Shown here piece after piece: positions 7,797-13,337 of a DNA stretch of 32,000 bases. Each line of letters begins with the position of its first letter. The stretch's first letter is position 1. The notes under the pieces were generated by a model, which was not told the DNA's origin, ran no database searches, and saw nothing but the letters and a program-made list of their open reading frames with translations. Position numbers and translations under genes: made by a program. Source of the stretch: Psychrobacter sp. HD31 (lineage in GTDB: Bacteria; Pseudomonadota; Gammaproteobacteria; Pseudomonadales; Moraxellaceae); assembly GCF_051097895.1 (NCBI RefSeq), contig NZ_CP142525.1:1650001-1682000 (forward strand), given 5' to 3'.

Positions 7797-8156
7797 TTAC
7801 TTACCTTCAGAATCTTTGAAAACTTTACCCATGCGATTTAATACAAGCTCCAAATCTTTTTTCGCAATATCAAGCTTCAAGTTTTGTTTTTGCAAACTGT
7901 CAAGTTCTTCATCAACGACATGGGGTATTGCTCTGCTTGTTGCATAAGCGCCAACGGCACCTTTAGTTACCACTAAACCTCCACAATACATAGCAAAAGT
8001 AGTGAATAGCTCAGGTACATAACTGCGGTCATAGTACACACTAGCAAGCAATACTAATGACAGGGCAATAAAACCAATAAACTGCACCGTGGCCGTTGTA
8101 GATAAACGTTGGTCAGAATTAGTAACTAGGTCCATAAGTTTTTTCATTTTTTTCAC
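7797..8156 (-). CDS. two-TM membrane protein with a C-terminal coiled coil (holin candidate)
   Basis: 119 aa with TM segments VQFIGFIALSLVLLASVYY and LFTTFAMYCGGLVVTKGAVGAY. It lies immediately downstream of the endolysin. Confidence 0.45.
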   Translation of the reverse strand: MKKMKKLMDLVTNSDQRLSTTATVQFIGFIALSLVLLASVYYDRSYVPELFTTFAMYCGGLVVTKGAVGAYATSRAIPHVVDEELDSLQKQNLKLDIAKKDLELVLNRMGKVFKDSEGK

Positions 8157-8194
8157 CTATTGGTTGATATTACTTGTTTAAAACAAGCGTATTA

Positions 8195-8773
8195 TTAAGC
8201 CGCCTTTTTTAAATCAGACTGCATATTAAGCAGGATTACTAGTTCTGCCACATCATCTGCTAAGTACTCAAGGTTGTTTGTGTTGCGTCTTATCCAGCCT
8301 TTGCCGAAGGTGCTAAAAGTGCGTAAGCGCGTGTAAAACTCTTGTCTTTCGGCAATAAACTTGATGGCAAGCACAATATTATTACTGCTATTTAGCTTAC
8401 CCATTGTGACTTTGCCAAAAATACCGTCATCAGCCACACCCAATGCACGTTGCAACATACGAGCAGCGTTACCAAAACCGTGATTAACACAAGCATCAAA
8501 AAACTGGAATGCTAATAAGTCATCCATTTTGTCACAGCCATAACGAAGCCAAAAAGCACGGTAATAAATACCAAATGCGTCTTTACGTGTCATACGACGC
8601 ATACTGCCTCGGTAACCATTTGCACGTGCTGTGCGTTTGGTTACGCCCCAGTTTGTTTCGCCGCCTGGGTCTTTAGGGTGGTTTACATAGCCACCCTCAT
8701 GCGAGATAACACGGTCAAATATTTTTTGGAAACGTCCGTGCGTGATACGTTTTTTAAACAATTCTTCAAACAT
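8195..8773 (-). CDS. endolysin, glycoside hydrolase family 108 with a C-terminal peptidoglycan-binding domain
   Basis: The HEGGYVNHPKDPGGETNWGVT motif is the GH108 signature. The 192-aa length fits GH108 plus PG_binding_3. There is no N-terminal signal or SAR segment. Confidence 0.85.
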   Translation of the reverse strand: MFEELFKKRITHGRFQKIFDRVISHEGGYVNHPKDPGGETNWGVTKRTARANGYRGSMRRMTRKDAFGIYYRAFWLRYGCDKMDDLLAFQFFDACVNHGFGNAARMLQRALGVADDGIFGKVTMGKLNSSNNIVLAIKFIAERQEFYTRLRTFSTFGKGWIRRNTNNLEYLADDVAELVILLNMQSDLKKAA

Positions 8774-8806
8774 AAAAAAACTCCAACTAATTTATAGTTA
8801 GAGTTT
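8774..8806 (-). terminator. rho-independent terminator after the HU-like gene; its 3' arm contains the endolysin SD
   Basis: The minus-strand RNA reads AACUCUAACUA-UAAAU-UAGUUGGAGUU (11 bp including one G.U) followed by U7 and then the endolysin ATG. The equivalent plus-strand RNA would have a C.A mismatch, so the minus strand is favoured. Confidence 0.7.
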
Positions 8807-8823
8807 ATCTATTAGTAGGTTTG

Positions 8824-8850
8824 GCTGTTATTAAAGTCGTTTACTGATTT
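8824..8850. repeat. 27-bp exact direct repeat, copy 2 (last codons and stop of the HU-like gene plus 17 nt downstream)
   Basis: Identical to 1674-1700. The segment ttactgattt is the reverse complement of AAATCAGTAA (..N Q stop). Confidence 0.95.
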
Positions 8851-9116
8851 ACACGCTCTTTAAGACCTTTACCTGCTTTAAAGCTAGGAACCTTGCTTGC
8901 AGGGATTTTTAGCTCTTGACCAGTCCTTGGGTTACGACCAGTGCGTGCTTTACGCTCTTTTACACTAAATGTACCAAAGCCAACTAAAGAGATACTGTCG
9001 CCTTTTTCTAGTGTTTTACCAACAGTTTCCATAAATGCGTTTAAAGCATCACCAGCTTGAATTTTGTTTAGACCCGCTTCGGTTGCTATGTTGTCGATTA
9101 GTTCAGATTTGTTCAT
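8841..9116 (-). CDS. HU/IHF-family DNA-binding protein (HU-like), phage-encoded
   Basis: 91 aa: [11 protein letters not shown]...[42 protein letters not shown], an unmistakable HU fold signature. The SD is TAAGGA. Confidence 0.9.
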   Translation of the reverse strand: MNKSELIDNIATEAGLNKIQAGDALNAFMETVGKTLEKGDSISLVGFGTFSVKERKARTGRNPRTGQELKIPASKVPSFKAGKGLKERVNQ

Positions 9117-9167
9117 TGTTTATTCCTTATATTGTAGCTTAGATTATTACAAAACAAAGTTGCTACG

Positions 9168-9401
9168 TCACTCTGATTTGTTTTCAATACGTCTTTTTTC
9201 AGCATGCACTTGAGCCGCTCTGGCAAATTGTTTTAGTGCTTTACCAAACCGATTAACTTTACGACTTAACAACATTCTAAAAAGCCTTTCTTCTTCATCG
9301 CGTCTTAGCTTACGCTGCACTCCTCCAATGTAAACTAAATTGCCGTGGTGTTCATAAAAAGGGAACTTTTTCCGCACTTTACTTGGTTTTTTTGGTTGCA
9401 T
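9168..9401 (-). CDS. small, highly basic hypothetical protein
   Basis: 77-aa ORF in the operon orientation, rich in K/R. I recognise no family. Confidence 0.5.
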   Translation of the reverse strand: MQPKKPSKVRKKFPFYEHHGNLVYIGGVQRKLRRDEEERLFRMLLSRKVNRFGKALKQFARAAQVHAEKRRIENKSE

Positions 9402-9411
9402 AACTTACCCC

Positions 9412-10035
9412 TTAAACGTTAGAAAAGTCTAAAGCAATTAGTTGGTAAGCACCATGTTTATCACGTTTGTAAACACGCATATACTCTTTTGTGCTAGTAA
9501 CTTGCACAGCGTCTTGTATTGCTTGCATTGCTTTTAACCATTTCGCATCAGTGATGTTAAGGCTACGTAAGCTCATGACGCGGTATGTGCTAATCTTACC
9601 TTGTTTGTCAACCTGAAATGCCTGATTAATAATGGCTTTGATGTTGTCATTACTGTCTTCTGTCCACTCGTGTAAACATTCATCAATCAGCGTTTTAGCA
9701 ACTTGCAGACGCTCGTCAAATACAATATTTTCACTGACAGCCATTTGTATTTTGATACTACCATCATAGCTAAACATGGTAACATTACCTTTTTCACCGC
9801 CTAATTTTGTATCAAATTCAGAGGCAGATAAAGCAACAAAGTCATTAAAATCAGCAAACATCTTTGCTTTGGTTGTTGCCATTTGATCGTTTAATAATAA
9901 TGCGGATTGGGCAATTTTGCGTACCTGTTCATCTCGCAGTTTATCAATCTCTTTTACTTTACCAAGGGGAACTAAATGCCCCTTAGAATTTTTCATATAG
10001 CCGTTAGGCGTGGTTTGGTGTTCTTGATTATTCAT
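9412..10035 (-). CDS. DUF3164-family protein, conserved in Mu-like phages
   Basis: 207 aa. The N-terminal GYMKNSKGHLVPLGKVKEIDKLRDEQV pattern and the length match my memory of DUF3164. The function is unknown. Confidence 0.65.
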   Translation of the reverse strand: MNNQEHQTTPNGYMKNSKGHLVPLGKVKEIDKLRDEQVRKIAQSALLLNDQMATTKAKMFADFNDFVALSASEFDTKLGGEKGNVTMFSYDGSIKIQMAVSENIVFDERLQVAKTLIDECLHEWTEDSNDNIKAIINQAFQVDKQGKISTYRVMSLRSLNITDAKWLKAMQAIQDAVQVTSTKEYMRVYKRDKHGAYQLIALDFSNV

Positions 10036-10304
10036 TAGTTTATTCCTTTTGCTTGGCGGAGTGCTTCGTAGTCATTAGCTACATTAGCGGCCGCTTGATT
10101 AATGTTGCTTACAAACTGATTAATCACACTTACAAAACCGTCTTTGCTAGTGGTAGATGCAGCCGCAAACTGCAGTGCAAGCAACTCAAGCGGCTCAATT
10201 TGTTCAGCGTAAGTTGTCATCTGATTGTTAGCTCGTAAAGTCTCTAACGTCTCGTTATGACAACTAACCAGTTTTTTTGTGATGTCTGTTACTAAATCTG
10301 ACAT
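10035..10304 (-). CDS. hypothetical helical protein
   Basis: 89-aa ORF whose stop overlaps the start of the DUF3164 gene (10035). Confidence 0.5.
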   Translation of the reverse strand: MSDLVTDITKKLVSCHNETLETLRANNQMTTYAEQIEPLELLALQFAAASTTSKDGFVSVINQFVSNINQAAANVANDYEALRQAKGIN

Positions 10305-10322
10305 GTTTAAATCCTCTTATTG

Positions 10323-10511
10323 TTAGTTGCGTATTGCATTTTTAATTTTTTTAAAAATGACTACGCATAAAATAATGCAGCCAATAATTAATGTGTGCGT
10401 GTCATCAAAAACTTTAACACCAATACTCCAGCCCAAGCCAAGTAACATTGATACACACACTAAAGTGATGGCTAAGTCAAAAGGTGTTAGTTGTGCGATG
10501 AAGTTTTGCAT
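10323..10511 (-). CDS. small two-TM membrane protein (hypothetical)
   Basis: 62 aa with two hydrophobic segments (LAITLVCVSMLLGLGWSIGV and LIIGCIILCVVIF). Confidence 0.45.
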   Translation of the reverse strand: MQNFIAQLTPFDLAITLVCVSMLLGLGWSIGVKVFDDTHTLIIGCIILCVVIFKKIKNAIRN

Positions 10512-10534
10512 ATTTAAATCCTATTTTAATGCTG

Positions 10535-10554
10535 TTAAAACAGCTGTGATTGTT
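10535..10554. repeat. 20-bp direct repeat (19/20 identical), copy 1; the partner is at 10816-10835
   Basis: ttaaaacagctgtgattgtt versus ttaaaacagctgtggttgtt. Copy 2 is the stop and last codons of mor (QQPQLF stop). Copy 1 is mostly non-coding, apart from the zinc-ribbon ORF's stop codon at 10553-10555. Confidence 0.9.
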
Positions 10555-10795
10555 AATACTTTTGTCCACAAAACGGGCAGTATGAGAACCTGACACTGGT
10601 AGTCTTGGGTGTTTTACGATTTTCACATTTTATTTTTACGTCTGTTTTTAAAGCTGTTGTTACTTTTCCATCTTTAAATGGAAAAACCAAATCTTTAAAC
10701 TTAGCAGACATAGCAGGAGTTTTTTTAAAATCAGCCAGAGTATTTGAATGCTCTACGATTTCTTGAGGTATTTCTTTTATACAATTACAGCCCAT
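10553..10795 (-). CDS. small Cys-pair (zinc-ribbon-like) protein, hypothetical
   Basis: 80 aa with an N-terminal CNC and a C-terminal CPFC. It is bracketed by the 20-bp repeats. Confidence 0.5.
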   Translation of the reverse strand: MGCNCIKEIPQEIVEHSNTLADFKKTPAMSAKFKDLVFPFKDGKVTTALKTDVKIKCENRKTPKTTSVRFSYCPFCGQKY

Positions 10796-10815
10796 GATAG
10801 TTTCCTTATTTTTGA

Positions 10816-10835
10816 TTAAAACAGCTGTGGTTGTT
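10816..10835. repeat. 20-bp direct repeat, copy 2 (3' end of mor)
   Basis: See the 10535-10554 entry. Confidence 0.9.
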
Positions 10836-11202
10836 GTTTATCTTGTAATTGCTTATGTACACGCTTGATAACCGTATACACCCATTGGCGACTACAGTTA
10901 AATTCTTTAGCTAGCTGGTCATGATTGCGCCCATTGAATTTTTTGTACATCTGCATATCTCTTTGGCTGATTTTTATTTGCAACTCGCGTGGTATATAAG
11001 GTTGTGTCCCACCACATTGCTCAGCAAATGACAATGCAACGTCTACACCAAGTTTTTTTGCTTGTCCCGGAGTTAAACCGTAATGTTTAGTGGCAACGTA
11101 TTCCGTTGTATCTGCTAAGTCTTTAATAATTTCAGTAGCAGAGGTGTCAAATACATCTAGCGATACACCATTTGCACTTAGGTCTTCTGTCTTATCTACC
11201 AT
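10816..11202 (-). CDS. mor: Mor/C-family transcriptional activator
   Basis: 128 aa. The C-terminal segment PYIPRELQIKISQRDMQMYKKFNGRNHDQLAKEFNCSRQWVYTVIKR matches the Mor-family HTH region. Confidence 0.8.
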   Translation of the reverse strand: MVDKTEDLSANGVSLDVFDTSATEIIKDLADTTEYVATKHYGLTPGQAKKLGVDVALSFAEQCGGTQPYIPRELQIKISQRDMQMYKKFNGRNHDQLAKEFNCSRQWVYTVIKRVHKQLQDKQQPQLF

Positions 11203-11220
11203 CTGCCACCTCGTCTATTG

Positions 11221-11775
11221 TTATTCAGTTTTAGTTTGGGCTTGTTCAGCCTTGATTTGTGCTAGCAGTAGCTTGTCTTCTTCACGCTGTTGCCAGCTCT
11301 TGAGCGTTTCAATTAACTGCCAAAGCTCTTTATTATTAAGCCCTCGCAAGTTCATAATTAACACTTTGTTTTCTGCACGGCGTCTTTTATTAACCACACT
11401 ACATACAAACTTATTTAAAGCATAGTCGCTACCATCTTTAATAAAGCCTTGTTGGTGCATGGTTATCCATAGAGCCGTAACCTTGCCAATCATAGGGCGT
11501 TCATCTTGCCTGTCTTCATTACGTGGTGAGTTGTCCTTACCGTTTTTATGCTTACCACGTCTGGGGTTAAAACCCTTACGGCGTAGCTCATTAATCACAG
11601 CATTAAGCTCGCCAATGGTCATGTTTTTAATGCTGTTTTTGCTTTTACCGCTTACCTGCATGGTCACACGCTTAAGCATGTCGCGGTAGGTTGCATCGTC
11701 CATGTGCAACGCGTGCATGCCAGTTTTGATTGTGCGTTTTAATGTATTTTTGTAAGTGTTGGTAGAGCTAGCCAT
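11221..11775 (-). CDS. gemA: GemA / Mu gp16 family regulatory protein (DUF1018)
   Basis: 184 aa. The pattern IKTGMHALHMDDATYRDMLKRVT...SIKNMTIGELNAVINELRRKGF is typical of GemA. Confidence 0.7.
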   Translation of the reverse strand: MASSTNTYKNTLKRTIKTGMHALHMDDATYRDMLKRVTMQVSGKSKNSIKNMTIGELNAVINELRRKGFNPRRGKHKNGKDNSPRNEDRQDERPMIGKVTALWITMHQQGFIKDGSDYALNKFVCSVVNKRRRAENKVLIMNLRGLNNKELWQLIETLKSWQQREEDKLLLAQIKAEQAQTKTE

Positions 11776-12684
11776 TTAACACTCCATTTGTTTTTGTGCA
11801 GACAATATCAGAGGCAGAGTAATGCCTTCACCACGTGCTTGTGCGGTTAAGCCTGCTAACTGCAGGTAATTAGTCAAGGCACGCAATGAGCCAGCAGATT
11901 GACCGATTGTGTACAACGCATTCATCAGCTTGCTATCAGACAAGTCAATCGACCAAGCCTTTGCAACGGCATCAATATCTTGCTTGCTGTTTTTTTGTAC
12001 GCTTTGCTTTTTGGCATTGCGTGACCAAAGCCGTGCAAATTGATGCTGTTGATTAAATCCGCCTTGCATTTGCGTATAGACTTTATCGTTTCCAATCAGC
12101 ATAAAGCCCACCTCACTATCTTCCTGCAAGATACGGATTTCCTCCAACACCTTAAGCGGTAAGTGGTCGGCTTCATCAATAATCATCAAGCCCTTGGTAC
12201 CGCTTAGCTTAGTTTTTAGCATACGGCTTAGTTTGCCCGCTCGTTTGGGTGCGTCACTGATACCAAGCTCTAACGCCATTTCATATAGCACTTCGTTGAT
12301 GGTGCAAATACTAGGACGCGCCGTTATCATCCATACATTATTATTTTGTTTGGTGTATTGGCGGGCTGATTGAGTCTTGCCAACGCCACTGGCACCATAC
12401 ACAACGCCCATCTTGCCAAACATTTTGACAAAGTCTAAGTCAGCAAATATCTTGCTTGCAGTTGGGGTGTTTACAAAATCAGGGGCTGATACAAACACCG
12501 CTGTTTTTTGGGTTTGCCCATCTAGCCAGCTTTGCAATGCCGCTTCTAACTTGTCGTTATCGCCTTTGTACGTGCCTTTCAAAAATGATGACAAGGCACC
12601 AGCGCTAAAGCCACATTCTTTAGCTACCTGGGTTTGAGTCAGCTCTTTGTCTGCCATCATTTGTTTGATTTGGTTTATTAGCAT
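11776..12684 (-). CDS. DNA transposition protein B (MuB-like AAA+ ATPase)
   Basis: 302 aa with an N-terminal HTH (LTQTQVAKECGFSAGALSSFLKG), Walker A GASGVGKT and Walker B MIIDEADHL. Confidence 0.85.
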   Translation of the reverse strand: MLINQIKQMMADKELTQTQVAKECGFSAGALSSFLKGTYKGDNDKLEAALQSWLDGQTQKTAVFVSAPDFVNTPTASKIFADLDFVKMFGKMGVVYGASGVGKTQSARQYTKQNNNVWMITARPSICTINEVLYEMALELGISDAPKRAGKLSRMLKTKLSGTKGLMIIDEADHLPLKVLEEIRILQEDSEVGFMLIGNDKVYTQMQGGFNQQHQFARLWSRNAKKQSVQKNSKQDIDAVAKAWSIDLSDSKLMNALYTIGQSAGSLRALTNYLQLAGLTAQARGEGITLPLILSAQKQMEC

Positions 12685-12705
12685 GGCGTATTTCCTTATT
12701 TGTCG

Positions 12706-12966
12706 TTAGTTTGAAGGTTTTGGTAATCGTTTTGGCGGTGGCGGGTTATCTAATTTCCACAGCTCAATACATTCATCGTCCGTTAAATCATCAACAAAGT
12801 CTAAATCTTGATTGTCTAATTTTTCGTATGGATCATAGGGTGTTAATAAATTCCATAACCACCCAAACCACTGTTTTTTTCGTTGTTCTCTTAAAGCCAA
12901 TTCACGCATTCTTTGGTGTTTGATTTCCAAATACGTTGGGGGTCTGTATCCAATGTGTGCCATCAT
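12706..12966 (-). CDS. hypothetical protein (acidic centre, Pro/Lys tail) between the A and B genes
   Basis: 86-aa ORF. Its start overlaps the stop of the upstream ORF (ATGATG at 12961-12966). Confidence 0.5.
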   Translation of the reverse strand: MMAHIGYRPPTYLEIKHQRMRELALREQRKKQWFGWLWNLLTPYDPYEKLDNQDLDFVDDLTDDECIELWKLDNPPPPKRLPKPSN

Positions 12967-13337
12967 TCAAGCACCTGGTTTATATAGTTAACATGCTTCA
13001 GCTCAATACTGTCACAGACCTTGTTTAGGTAACGCAATGCTTGACCCATACTGGCGTAATCAATCTTTCTCATACCAGTATCTACTTTGCTCATCTTTTT
13101 ACTACGTTTGGATGCCTTGTAGTACTTAATAGCAGGGCGGTAAAACTTACTCTGTTCATGCTTATCTGGTTCAATTAACCAGTTTGGGTCTATATCACCT
13201 TCTATCATCAACAAAAAACGCACCTTGCTTTTTTTGATAAGTCGACCGATTTCTATACTATATCCGTCACACTCAAGCCCAATAAGAGGCTCATTTTCTA
13301 GACTATCAATTTGCTGTTTTGTTAATTTTTTACCCAT
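12963..13337 (-). CDS. hypothetical protein between the A and B genes
   Basis: 124 aa from the ATG at 13337-13335, which shares a base with the MuA TGA stop (TGATG). A GTG at 13340 is an alternative start. I recognise no family. Confidence 0.5.
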   Translation of the reverse strand: MGKKLTKQQIDSLENEPLIGLECDGYSIEIGRLIKKSKVRFLLMIEGDIDPNWLIEPDKHEQSKFYRPAIKYYKASKRSKKMSKVDTGMRKIDYASMGQALRYLNKVCDSIELKHVNYINQVLE

